The notes under the pieces are model-generated. The model saw only the letters and a list, made by a program, of their open reading frames with translations, had not been told where the DNA came from and did not search any database. From Octopus sinensis (Eukaryota), in NCBI RefSeq assembly GCF_006345805.1, contig NC_042997.1, positions 53,444,001 to 53,508,000 on the forward strand: 64,000 nt of DNA, read 5' to 3'. Positions 48,890 through 61,670 of this stretch are shown in pieces (position 1 is the first letter of the stretch; every line of letters begins with the position of its first letter). Made by a program: the position numbers and the translations under genes.

Positions 48890-51340
48890 TTAACCCTGGG
48901 TAAAAGAACTAAAAAAATGATTTCCCACCTAATATTGTCAGTGTCACTAAAATATGTTTTCTGTCTCTCATATTGAAATAAATAGAGGGCAACGTTGTCC
49001 TTAGCACTTGTTTTTTTTTTGTTTGTTTTATCGCCAATATTGGTGCTTGTGATGCCAGTCAAACCAGCAGTTACTGTCTGGCTTTCCAATGTAGAGGAAC
49101 TCCTCACAGTATTTGCATCTGTTAACACTTACAGCATTTGGGTAAGTCTTTGACCTCAGCCTGGGGCTTCATCTGTTTTGCTCTCTGGTAGTTTTCCCTG
49201 CACACCCCACAACAATTGTTGGTGGATGCTTTTTTCTGCCCTTTCCACATATGCCTCTTTTCATCATCCTGCTCAGCTGAGTGTTGTCTGCCAAAGTCAG
49301 TGTTCTTGTTTCTAAGATTGCCAACAAGTTTGTGGCAGAGTTTATCTAGCAGTGGAGTGATGTGGTTTGAAAAAACCCATCAATACATATGCCTTGTAGG
49401 CAGCCCACATAAAAAAACTTCATCACCAGGCGGTTAGGCCACTTGTAATGACGGCAACACTTTTTAAGTCAAGTCATTTAGTAATTTTTGTCTGTTCCAG
49501 CCGGGTGGGCATTATATTTTTTCATTGCCTTAGGACAAGGGAAAGGGACCCTTCTGTGTTCATTTGCATCGTATTGCTGTACATGTTCTTGTGGAGATGA
49601 TATAAAGAAGGACAAAATTAAATAAATCAGTCTTTTGTCTTTCCAAACAAAGGCAGGCACATTTTTGTTGAACAAAACTTCTGACTCACCGCTTTCCATC
49701 TCATTATTTCTTTTCATGAGGGTCCTTGGGAATTCTCTTCTATTTGTCATTGCAGTACCACACATTTGAATATCTTTGTTGACAAGAAGATATTCCATGA
49801 GTTATACAGACATGTAAAATCTGTCAGTGTAGAGTGCATAGTTTTGTCTGGAATATTCATTTGTCATCCTCACAACTAAGTTTCCTGTAACACCAACGTT
49901 GTCAATTTCATTTGCATCATCTCTCCTTCTGGTATACATTTCTGCATTGCAGATGTATCTGTTTTCAGAATCACATAATAGAAAAAATTTTACCCCACCA
50001 ACATATTGGCTTATTTTTCTATACTGCTTGAATAAAAACTTATTCTTCATGGGGATCATTCCCTCAACTAGTGATTATTCACAGTCAGGCACATAATGTT
50101 GTTTGAATTTATCAAGCAAGTGACTGAATATAGAACTAGTCTTGTACAGTTTATCATTCCTATCAATGTTCTGATTGTCCTCATTCACACAGTGTAGTAA
50201 AGACCAAATAGCATGAAATCTGTTGTGGCTAACAACCTCTGGAAAACCTGGGGTCAGTGATAGTAAGGCATCCTTTGACAACCAGTACTGTTCATAGTGA
50301 TCCTTGCGCACCAGGATTTCCATGGTCACCTGGAAACCAAAAAACGCTTTCAGTTCTTCCAATATAAGTTTTCTTTCTCATGCAAAATTTTTGCTGAGAA
50401 ATTATTCAGCTTCGCCTGAAACACATGTTCAGCTTGATTCTTAATTTCCTCAAGTAAAATATCCCATAAATCATCATCATCATCGTTTAGCGTCCGCTTT
50501 CCATGCTAGCATGGGTTGGACGGGTCAACTGGGGTCTGTGAAGCTGGAAGGCTTCGTCAGGCCCAGTCAGATCTGGCAGTGTTTCTACGGCTGGATGCCC
50601 TTCCTAACGCCAACCACTCCGCGAGTGTAGTGGGTGTTTTTTACGTGCCACCTGCACAGGTGCCAGACAGAGCTGGCGAACGGCCACGAACGGATGGTGC
50701 TTTTACGTGTCACCGGCACGGGGCCAGGCGATGCTGGCAACGGACACGAACAGATGGTGCTTTTACGTGCCACCGACACGGGGCCAGACAGAGCTGGCAA
50801 ACGGCCACGAACGGACGGTGCTTTTACGTGTCACCGGCACGGGGGCCAGCCGAGGCTGGCAACAGACACGAACAGATGGTGCTTTTATGTGCCACCGACA
50901 CGGGGCCAGACAGAGCTGGCAAACGGCCACGAACGGATGGTGCTTTTACGTGCCACCGACACGGGGCCAGACAAAGCTGGCAAACGGCCACGAACGGACG
51001 GTGCTTTTATTCCAGAATAAACTAAAATGATCAATTGGAGTGCTGTCTACATTTATAGTGTCAGGCATATTCTTGGGCCTTGGAGTATTTGGCATAAATT
51101 GGTACTCTGCAAAGCCTATTGTGTTTCTCTGCTATCCTGGAGGAGTATTGGCTTTTACTCTGGGCAGAAAACTGGGCCTACCACCTTGCCAGCTGCCATG
51201 TGGAGCGTGCCTGCTGTTCCTGCCATGAACATGAACATGCCTCCTATTCTGGTGACTGACAGGCACTGCACCATGCACATAATCTGGTAGCTGTACATTT
51301 TGTACAACAACGTAATTGTTGAGATCATCGCTATCACTTT
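48890..51340 (-). mobile_element. Decayed piggyBac (PGBD4-like) transposon interrupted by an RTE 3' UTR
   Basis: Minus fragments EELKAFFG...NRFHAIWSLLH, GVKFFLLCDS...LYTDRFY, VWKDKR and YNAH.AGTDK. TTAA-CCC terminus at 48890. The right boundary is uncertain. Confidence 0.85.
50471..51010 (-). mobile_element. Young RTE 3' UTR with about six tandem ~60-bp units
   Basis: RTE tail followed by repeats of ggtgcttttacgtgccaccgacacggggccagacagagctggcaaacggccacgaacggat. Confidence 0.9.
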
Positions 51341-51402
51341 CTGGGTTTGATTTTGGGTTCAGTCCCGTCCTATGGCACCTTGGGCAAATGTGTTCCTATA
51401 TA

Positions 51403-51641
51403 TATTTCTTTACTGCCCACAAGGGGCTAAACATAGAGGGGACAAACAAGGACAGACAAAGGGATTAAGTTGATTACATCAACCCCAGTGGGAAACTGGT
51501 ACTTTATTTATCGACCCCGAAAGGATGAAAGGTAAAGTCGACCTTGGTGGAATTTGAACTCGGAACGTAACGACAGATGAAATACCACTAAGCATTTCGC
51601 CCAGCATGCTAACGTTTCTGCCAGCTCGCCACCAATATATT
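51403..51641 (-). mobile_element. tRNA-derived SINE (family B) inserted into a family A SINE, 16-bp TSD
   Basis: TSD aatgtgttcctatata at 51387-51402 and 51642-51657. Confidence 0.88.
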
Positions 51642-51844
51642 AATGTGTTCCTATATAGCCTCAAGCTGACCATAGCCTTGTGAGTGGATTTAGTAGATGG
51701 AAAATACATGTATGTATGTGTGTTGAACCCCTTATTCGCATAATCACCAAACCTGGAACTTAACTATGGTATATCTATATCACTTATTTAGCATTATTTA
51801 ATTTTGACTTAATATATATAAAATAATGTTCTAATAGAAGCCAG

Positions 51845-53010
51845 TCAGCTACTCTGGCAACGATCATGCTTGGATGGTGCTCTCAGCGCTCCACTGGCAC
51901 AGGTGCCAGTCTTCGAATTTGATTCGATTTCGATTTCACTTGCTTCAACTGGTCTTCGCATGCAGAGTTTAGTGTCCAATGAAGGAAAGATATGTATATG
52001 TGGGCTGGCTGCACCCCTGGTATAAGCCATGAGTTATTGTCTCACTTGGCTTGTTGTGTCTTCTCAAGCACTGCATATTTCCAAAGGTCTCAGTCACTAG
52101 TCATTGCTTCAGTGAGGCCTAATGTTCGAAGGTCATGCTTCACTACCTCATCTCAGGTCTTCCTGGATCTACCTCTTCCACAGGTTCCCTCAACCGCTAG
52201 GGTGTGGCACTTTTTCACACAGCTATCCTCATCCATTCTCGCCACCTGACCATACCAGCGCAGTCGTCTTTCTTGCACACCACATCTGATGCTTCTTAGG
52301 TCCAACTTTTCTCTCAAGTTACTTACACTCTGTCAAGTATGCACAATGACATTACACATCCATCGGAGCATACTGGCTTCATTCCTTGTGAGCTTATGTA
52401 TGTCCTCAGCAGTCACGGTCCATGTGTCACTGCCATGTATCATGGGTGTTCGTACACATGCGTCATACAGTCTACCTTTTACTCTGGGTGAGAAGCCTTT
52501 TGTCACCAGCAGAGGTTAGAGCTCTCTGAACTTTGCCCAGGCTATTCTTATTCTAGCAGCTACACTTTCAGTGCACCCTCTCCTGCTACTGACTTGGGCA
52601 CCTAGGTAACGGAAGTTATCAACTACTTATCGAAATTGAACCAATCCTATGACTGGCACCCGGCAGATGCCAGGACCCCTGGACTGGTGGTACGTAAAAA
52701 GCACTATCCGAATCATGGCCGAAGCCAGTGCCGCCTCAACTGGCTTCAGTGCCGGTGGCACGTAAAATGCACCAATCCGACCGTGGCCGTTGCCAGCCTC
52801 GCCTGGCACCTGTGTGGGTGGCACGTAAAAAGCACCCACTACACTCACGGAATGGTTGGCGTTAGGAAGAGCATCCAGCTGTAGAAACATTGCCAGATAA
52901 GACTGGAGCCTGGTGCAGCCTTCTGGCTTCCCAGATCCCTGGTCGAACTGTCCAACCCATGCTAGCATGGAGAACGGACGTTAAACGATGATGATGATGA
53001 TGATGATGAT
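51845..53010. mobile_element. RTE LINE with an inverted 5' segment (51845-52627 minus, 52630-53010 plus)
   Basis: The RTE C-terminal coding region and proximal UTR on the minus strand abut the distal UTR and (GAT)n on the plus strand. Confidence 0.85.
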
Positions 53011-53030
53011 ATATATATATATATATATAC

Positions 53031-54223
53031 TTGGTTGTTTCGCATGAAATGTCGCATTTTTAATTACTCGTTATTTCAGTCATTTAGAAACTCAGTTATG
53101 TATACATTGCATTTAATATTGACTCTTTTTCTTTTCCTAACATTATTGGTATACAAAATTTGTACCCACAGACCTTATGAAAATGATAACAACCAAATAA
53201 TGTTGAGTGATTTTCTCGTATAAGTACAAAATGAGTCATTTTGCTGCTGAAGCTCTACGGAATATCAAGTGGGCTTTTGGTAATGGTTTTGTTGACATCA
53301 GAACTGTTCTGAGATGGTTCCAAAGCTCTTGTTCAGGAGATGATAGCTTTGAAAATAAATCAAGGGGTAGGCCAAAATCAGTTGTTCCGCATGAGGGATT
53401 AAATGCTCTGGTTGAACAAAATCTGAGAACAAAAATTCGTAAACTTTCATCAGAACTCCAAATATCTTGCACAACTGTTTTTGGACACCTGTAAAAAATT
53501 GGAAAAGTCAAGAAAACGAATAGGTTTGTTCCACATCAACTGAACAAGACACCTTGAAGTGTACTCCTTATTGCTTTCTTGACTGGAAGAAGACCATTTT
53601 TGCATCAAATCATTACTTGTGATGAGAAATGGATGCTCTTTGACAACAGCAGGAGAATAGGACAGTGATTAGATGCAGGAGAGTCACCTAAACACTACCC
53701 AAAACCACCATTGCACCCTAAAAAGTTAGTGATCTGCAAAAGGAGTTATTCATTATTCACTTATGCAACAAGGAAAAAATGGTAACAGTGACATTATATT
53801 GCCAGGAAATTGGTTGCATGCATGAGAATTTGCAAAAGAAGCAACCCAGGCTAGTGAATAGAGATGGCCCAATTTTTCTCCACGACAATGCACATCCTCA
53901 CACTCCTCAAGCTATGGTCTAAAAGTTGCAAAGCCTGAATTAGGAGATTTTGCAACATCCTCCTTATTCCCCTGATATCTCTCCTACTGATCATCACTTA
54001 TGAAGCATTTTGAACTTTTCATAAGCAATAAACTTTCTTAAATAGAGAAGAGATAATTGAAGCATTTGGACAGTTTATCATGGAATATATGCATAGAGAA
54101 ACATTGGGCAAACATCATAAATGAACATGGATCATACTTTGATTAAATAAATCACTTCTCTAACACTTCTGAAACATTTTATTGTTATCTTTCAAATACG
54201 ACATTTCATGTGAAACAACGTAA
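53031..54223 (+). mobile_element. Full-length but decayed mariner (DD34D) transposon
   Basis: ~28-bp TIRs (gttgtttcgcatgaaatgtcgcattt / aaatacgacatttcatgtgaaacaac), ~1.2 kb long. Motifs RTVLRWF, RGRPK, IITCDEKW, FLHDNAHPH and HPPYSPDISPTD, with stops and frameshifts. Confidence 0.92.
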
Positions 54224-54450
54224 TATATATGCTTTTATACTCACACACACACACACACACGGCATGTAAAAGGTAACTGTGCTGGTGACACATTAAAGGC
54301 ACTCTTGCTAGTGACATGTGAAAGACACTTAGTACACACTATAGAACAGTTGGCATTAGAAAGGGCATCAAGGTGTAGAAATCAAGCCAAAAACACACCA
54401 GGGTCTGGTGCAGCTCTCCAGCTTACTTGTTCCAATCAAACCATCTAACT

Positions 54451-54512
54451 CATACCAGCATAATAAACAGACACTAAATGATGATGATAATGATGATGAT
54501 GTGTATATATAT

Positions 54513-54567
<55 letters not shown>

Positions 54568-54615
54568 CATCATCATTATCATCATCATTTAGTGTCTGTT
54601 TACTATGCTGGTATG
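54451..54615. repeat. Palindrome centred on (TA)n: an inverted copy of an RTE tail
   Basis: cataccagcataataaacagacactaaatgatgatgataatgatgatgatgtgta pairs with tacacatcatcatcattatcatcatcatttagtgtctgtttactatgctggtatg. Confidence 0.9.
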
Positions 54616-54636
54616 GTATATATATATATATATATA

Positions 54637-55045
54637 TGCCGCCTCGACTGGCTTCCGTGTCGGTGGCATGTAAAAAGCACCATCCGAATCGTGGCTGAAG
54701 CCAGAGCCGCCTCGACTGGCTTCCGTGTCGGTGGCATGTAAAAAGCACCATCCGAATCGTGGCTGAAGCCAGAGCCGCCTCGACTGGCTTCCGTGCCGGT
54801 GGCACGTAAAATGCACCAATCCGACCGTGGCCGATGCCAGCCTTGCCTGGCACCAGTGCAGGTGGCACGTAAAAAGCACCCACTACACTCATGGAGTGGT
54901 TAGCGTTAGGAAGGGCATCCAGCTGTAGAAACATTGCCAGATAAGACCGGAGCCTGGTGCAGCCTTCTGGCTTCCCAGATCCCCGGTCGAACCGTCCAAT
55001 CCATGCTAGCATGGAGAACGGACGTTAAACGATGATGATGATGAT
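54637..55045 (+). mobile_element. RTE LINE 3' UTR with internal tandem units
   Basis: Units gccgcctcgactggcttccgtg...gaagccaga repeated, then the standard tail. Confidence 0.88.
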
Positions 55046-56599
55046 ATATATATACTTACATACACAACACACATATACACATGCATTTATAATATGCATG
55101 TATATGTTTGTGTACTCTTGTCTTGATATGGTGATAGTAGTGAATGAGTGTCACAGTTATTCAAGCAGTGTCCTTTATTTCCAATCTTCCCCACAGCCAG
55201 ACGTGAAAACATGTCTGGCTGTGAGGGAAGAACTAGCTTGCTTGGAAATAGTTAAGGATTGGCACAGGAAGGACATCTGGCTAGAAAATCTGCCTCATTG
55301 AAATTCTGTCTGACCTATGTAAAAATGGATAAGTGGCAATTAAAATGAAGATGTATTATTAGAAATATGGTGAAAAAGTGTTACAGCTAAGATGATATTT
55401 TATTGGGATAGATACAGATATTTTATATTTGTACACCAGTAATTAACAATGCCAAACTTGAAACATTGATGTTTGGGATTCCTGATAGATGGCAACCCTG
55501 GACAAACTGGGTGTTTTCACTCCTTTTTACCATAAGAGAGATATTTTCTCTATGGTAACTGCTGTGAATTTGTCTTTTAGCACTTGAAATATGTTACAAA
55601 CATTTCAACTAACCTAAATTTTTGCTTATGCCTAAACACTGCTTGACACTAACATTTCATTATTATAATAGTTGTTCAGCTGAGAACTGCCTCTGATCAA
55701 ATAAAGTGTTCCTGCCATCACTATTCTGTACTAATTTTGTTAGATATAGTGTAACTTGAACTAACCTGTCTAATGTATTTTTTTAAGACAATTAGAATTA
55801 TTTAAAGGAAATTTGGTTGCTATCTTTAGCTAGTTGACTGTCCACATAGAGTTTTTCTTGTTAGTTCTTCCACCTGTCACTGTAGTTACTGAATCTATTA
55901 GTTGAAAACCTTCAGTTTCCATCATTTCTACATTCTTGAGGTGAACTCGGGTGTCAAAACATATTTTGTTGTATCTTGGGAAGGTCATTATGCCAATAAT
56001 AAACACATGCACTGATTCTATTTCACTTCTTTTATTGTTATTGGTCAGTTGGTTTATCATTTAACTGTAACTAATCAATTGTTTATTAATTGTTTGGTCA
56101 ATCTGTCAATCAATCACATAGGTTTGTCAAAGTCCTTTCATTGTTATTCAAAACCTCATAAATGTCATGCCCCTCTCTGCTTCAAGTCTGCTAGATCTGG
56201 AGGAAGAGGCACTGTTCATGACTTTCATAGACCCTTCTTAGAACTGGTGAGCTTGATGCTGTTAATATTCTTCTTAAATCTTTGCTAGTCAGCACCTGAG
56301 GGAAACACATGGGCAAGGAAAAAATTTCAGAGGCTGAACTGTCAGGGAAGGAAAGGTTGGGTGCATTGATTAGTGCAGGGCTTGGATGTGGGCACAGCAA
56401 GTGTGATGAGAGGAGGAGGAGAGACAAGTGAGATGGGCATGCTTGAGCGGAGGTTGGCATAAGAGCAGCCAGTTCCAAGGAGCAGAGGCCATTATAGTAA
56501 CTGCACAAAAATGAAGAGAGAGAGAGAGGAGACAGCATGCTTTTGGGCCAAAGGCAAGAGCATTTCTGTGAGTAACTTTATGCCAATCAATCAAGAGGT

Positions 56600-58800
56600 T
56601 TTTTGCTCAGTGTGGTGTAGGATGTGTGCAACTGTAGCACTGTCCCAGATGTGGGAGCAGGTTTGTAGTTATTAATTTTGGGAGAGCGGAAGTATTTTCT
56701 GCTTCTGAAAAGAAGGGCCAGTTATTGTGATGCGGTCAAGCCTTGTTAAAATTGGGCTTTTGCTGGAAAAGCTCCTTGGTGATAGTGAAGTTCATTATTT
56801 GGAGCTATTGCAAGGGCTCTAGATGTGTGCTGTTCATGATTTAATGAGAGTGTAGTGAGGTGGCATTTACTTGCTACAAGTAGTATTTATGTTACCTTGC
56901 TGTTGAAGAAGGTTGGCATATCTTCATTGGAAGATGCTTTTGAGGTAACTGTTTATAGAATCAGTGTGGGTTTAGTGTATAATATTGAGTTAGCTAGTGG
57001 ATAATGCACAGTTAGAGAGGGAGGAAAGATAGTGTTATTTAGGACATACCAGCAAGCATGTCTTTGATGTATTTAAGGAGGAAAGTGGAAAACAAAAACC
57101 AAACACTGGAGCACATGCATTGGTGAACGAGGGACAGAAAGATCTCTGCCAATGTACACTATGTTAGTATAATCTGATAGGAAGCTGCCAGTCCAAAAGA
57201 TGAAAGGTCAGTGAAGTCTATAGGCAAGAAGTTTTGATAGATTTGCTGATACAATTGAAAGCTTTACAACCACATTGTTTTCACCAAATTTTTCCATGTG
57301 AAGAACTTACTGGCATGTGATATGGCAGATTTGGCTTTATGAAAACCATATTGGTGGTCATCAAAAAGAGACATTCAAAGTTGAGAACCCTGTTGTTAAA
57401 GTTTGTCTCCTTTATCCTAAAGATATTGGATGTGAATGTGATAGGGCAATAGTTGGCAGGGTCAGAATCATTGCCTTTCTTTGTTGCTTGTTTCTTATGA
57501 GGAGAGACTGAAAAGTTTGGTGGGTATAGGGATTTGTTCTTGGTCACAACATCTGTGATGATAGAAGGAGTATTGTTTGGTGGTTCTGTTTATTTGAAGC
57601 AATTAAAAGTATTTTTGTATTTGGTGTGTGTTTATGCAGGATGATAGGCCAGGAAGAGTGGGTGAGAAAGATTTGAAAGAGATTTGACAAGAGTGTGCTG
57701 TGTGGAGTTGGTTGCACTGTGAGCAGTGAAAATGAACATGTACTGCTTAAAGAATCATTGTTGTTGTAAAAGGGATGATAAAAGAATTCTGTAAAGTTGG
57801 TGAAGCTGCAGTTCAGAGGGTTAGGGTAGCTTGAGGACTGTATAATACATGATGTAATCGTTGTAGTTTGGATAGTGGTCTTGCAGGAGTTCTGTTACTG
57901 GGTAAACACCACCATGTTTTGTGGACGTCATCATCATCATCATCATCATCGTTTAACGTCCAGTTTCCATGCTAGCATGGGTTTGATGGTTTGCCTGGGG
58001 TCTGGGAAGCCAGGAGGCTGCACCAGGCCCTGTCTGATCTGGCAGTGTTTCTACAGCTGGATGCCCTTCCTAATGCCAACCACTCCGTGAGTGTAGTGGG
58101 TGCTTTTTATGTGCCAGGTGAGGCTGGCAACGACCACAATTGGTTGGTGCTTATTATGTGCCACCGGATGAGTAAATGCAGGTGTTGTAAGCCTTTTTTT
58201 TTTCCTAAATATCTTCAACTTAACTATGAGTAAACCACTTGAGGGATATGAAGAAGTTGATTTCTTTGCTGTGTGCAGGATGTGGGATGACAAATCTGAA
58301 AGAAAAGATTCACTTAATCTCCTCATTATCTCTGATGGGTCAGGTGCAGAGCACAAATACACAAAACTGGTGAAGTTGTGATCAGTTGGCTGTAGGTGGC
58401 ATTATGTGGTATATGGGTATCTGGTGGGTAATTTCAGTGATTGGATGACTGAACGGTGTGGTGATACTTAAAATTTAATTGAGATTGAGTTTGGAAGTGA
58501 GGAAAAGATCAGGAAAATTTGGAGTACCTCTGTGTTAATTTTGGACGAAACAAATTGATGTAGAGAGTTGGGGATTGCAAAAGTTTTGGTTTCTGTACAG
58601 GTGCCATCAGTGTAAGATGCATGAGAGAACCATAAAGAGTTGTGAGCTTGAAGTCCCTGTGGACTGTGACTTTGGAAAGGAGTGAAGTAAGAAATATGTT
58701 CTCAAAGCAGGAGACAATATGATCAAAGAAATGCTGATGGTTTGAGCTGTGGGGACAGCATATGTGTCTGTGGGAGTGTGTGAAGAGAGATTTTGAGCCA
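56600..58800 (-). mobile_element. Heavily decayed CR1/L2-like LINE (endonuclease and RT remnants) with an RTE tail inserted at 57928-58170
   Basis: Minus remnants ...KKGNDSDPANYCPITFTSNIFRIKE (cf. NYRPISLT) and QYGF-like sequence, and a YxSPNS-like stretch near 58560-58580. Confidence 0.55.
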
Positions 58801-59739
58801 GAGTGATTGAAAATCATTATTGCTACATCAGTAATCTGTAATAACATATTCCACCATTCTGAGTCTGATTAGTTGAGTGAACCACTATCATGGCACCAAC
58901 TTATTGTGATACATTGCAGTAACTCCCCCTCGTGATTCTGAATCTTCATATCATCAGTTTTTTTTACTCACTCTCTTCTGTGTCTGGCTACACTATTACA
59001 ATGTTCAGTAACTAGCATAGTGATACAGTTTAATTTTATTTCCATTGTTTTGTCACAAATCACTGTTACATTCGTATCATGTTAGGCATACTTTTGTGCA
59101 TTATCATCCTAATACATTCTCTCAGGCTTCCATTCACCTCATGTTTCTCATTTACAAACTGGCTGCACATTATATATTCCTTTGCTAGGTATACTAGATA
59201 GCTTTTTAGTCTCAAGATATGGTTTCTTTGTTTAAATCTTGTTTTTTTTCATGCTAGCATCTGTTGAACATAGAATTATTTGATGCAAAAGTTTTGTGGC
59301 TGGTTGTTCTTTCTGTTGCTAATCTTTATCTGTTTTCAAGTAATGGATTTGTTTTTATTCCAGAGGTCTTTAAGAGTGGAGAACTACAAGGAATGTCAAC
59401 ATCACTACTCTTTCATTCATAAAATCACATACATTCACACACTCATAAGGCATTTTGCAGTTTCTGTCTGCTAGATTCCTTCACGAAACATTGGTCAGAC
59501 TGGGCTGTAGTTGAAAGCATCCTAGGTGATGCATATTGGGACTAAATGCAAAACCATATGGTTGTAAAGCAAAATTCTTGTGAATAAAAAATTCTTTTGC
59601 CATAATTCTAAAGGTCAAATAAAATTCCATGTGTTCCATTAACTGTTGAAAAGTAGAACCACTCAATGAAGTAATTTCATATTTAGACCTTTAATAAGTA
59701 TATAGGAATAAATGTTCAATAATATATAAATATATTCCA

Positions 59740-60048
59740 AAGTTAAATCGATCAATGGAAATTGCAGCTGATTTACCAGTGCCGGTGGCATGTAAGAGAA
59801 CCATCCGATAGTGGCCGTTGCCAGCGGTGGCATGTAAAAAGCACCATCCGTTCGTGGCCGTTGCCAGCCTCGCCTGGCACCTGTGCAGGTGGCACGTAAA
59901 AAGCACCCACTACACTCACGGAGTGGTTGGCGTTAGGAAGGGCATCCAGCTGTAGAAACACTGCCAGATCAGACTGGGCCTGATGCAGCCTTCTGGCTTC
60001 ACAGACCCCAGTTGAACCGTCCGGATGCTAAATGATGATGATGATGAT
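59740..60048 (+). mobile_element. RTE LINE 3' UTR
   Basis: Standard family 3' end with (GAT)n. Confidence 0.85.
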
Positions 60049-61670
60049 GTAAGCTGGCAGAAACAATTGTGTTGATGTAAATATTTTGTTTTATATAATC
60101 ACCTTAATTATCAAATGTACATCGACAGCATTAACCCTTTATATATATATATATATATCTTAATTTTCTGGATCTGGTGGAAGGGGCAAGTACTCATGGC
60201 CATTGCAGACCCTCCTACGCCAGTAAGATTGACACCATTGATGCTCCTCTTGAATCTTTTTCAAGCCAAAACTTGTAGGAAATACTTGAGCAGGAAGGCA
60301 ATTTATATGAGATGACAGGAGACTAAGTGAATTTTGTGATTGACTAATGTGGGGATATCTAGAATGTGAAAATATCTAATTATTTCTTTTCATTTACACT
60401 AAATGATAGATGTTTAGATTCCGTGTTTGCTAAGCATTTCCTTTATTTTTGCTCTACTATTGCATGTTTCTTTTGAGTCACATTGAAATCATAGTTTTAC
60501 CACAAAATTTTATTAATATGTTATTGTTAAATAATGAAATGTCTGAGAAAAATTATTATTAATAAGATTCTAAATTCAGCCTATTAACATCTTTAGAAGT
60601 AAAGCAATTTCTTTTTTAATTTAAACCTATATATAATTTTTATCAGTTTTATTTCTAGTTGGTGTGTTCATAGTACCGGACTAGATTCAAACTTGGAATC
60701 TTTATTTTTTTAACCTTAAAGATACAAGAGCACTTAATCACTAGGTCACTGACCTTGTGGTTTAGAGTGTTTCTAGATATTTGATGATAATCAGAAACCA
60801 AGCCAATTGAAATAGAATCTAGATGTAAATGTAAGAAATAAAAATAAATAAATGTAATTTCTAAAGATTAAGTTAATAAAATAAACACTAGTTTGAAAAA
60901 TGATCATATGAATTATTACTGTTGCTGTTATTATTGATATTTTGCAGAGATTTTATAGCAGCCTGTATTAGATGCTGTTGATGTTTATGTCAAATGTAGA
61001 ATTTTTGTTGTGCAATGTTCACTGCTAAGAACAAACATCTGTGTTTCACCTTTATTTATGTAAATCATGTAAAATTCATTTGAATGATAGTTTCGAGATA
61101 AATTTCCAAATACTTATAGTTATTTCTTGAATGACCTGTGTATGTTGTGATCTTTCTCTATATATCATTGTCTTACCTTTTCATAATTACTTATTCATTT
61201 GATATCTCACAAACATTGCTGTATTGCTGACATAAGAGAAATTGGACATTTGATTTCAGACCAGCAGTTTAGCTCCTAAATCCTGGTATAACTTTTGTTA
61301 TGGAATTGTGGATTTACTTTGCAAGTAATGTACTTTTTCCACCCTTCTCTATAACAATAATTTCATTTAATTTTGGAAAGAAAGCAACAAAGAGTTCTCA
61401 ACTGACTTAAATCTCTGATCAATTTATAAAAATCAGAACCCCTATTGCTTATATTCGCATGCTTCGTAGAAACATGAATATCCTAATATGTTTTTATTCA
61501 AATAAACTCATGAGACTTCATTCCTTTGTGAGAAATTATTGAGCTTTAAGGATTGGAAATCAGTGGATAAAGAACTCACAAGAACTGGATGGTTTAAGTA
61601 TTAGATTACTGAATCAAAACTAAAGAGTTTAAATTTGATCCTAGTATTTAGTTGTGATTAGGAAAAGTAT

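Noticed and set aside
50640-51010. Regularly spaced repeats that resemble a CRISPR array
   Set aside because: The whole units repeat with no unique spacers, they lie within a LINE 3' UTR, the DNA is eukaryotic and there are no cas genes.
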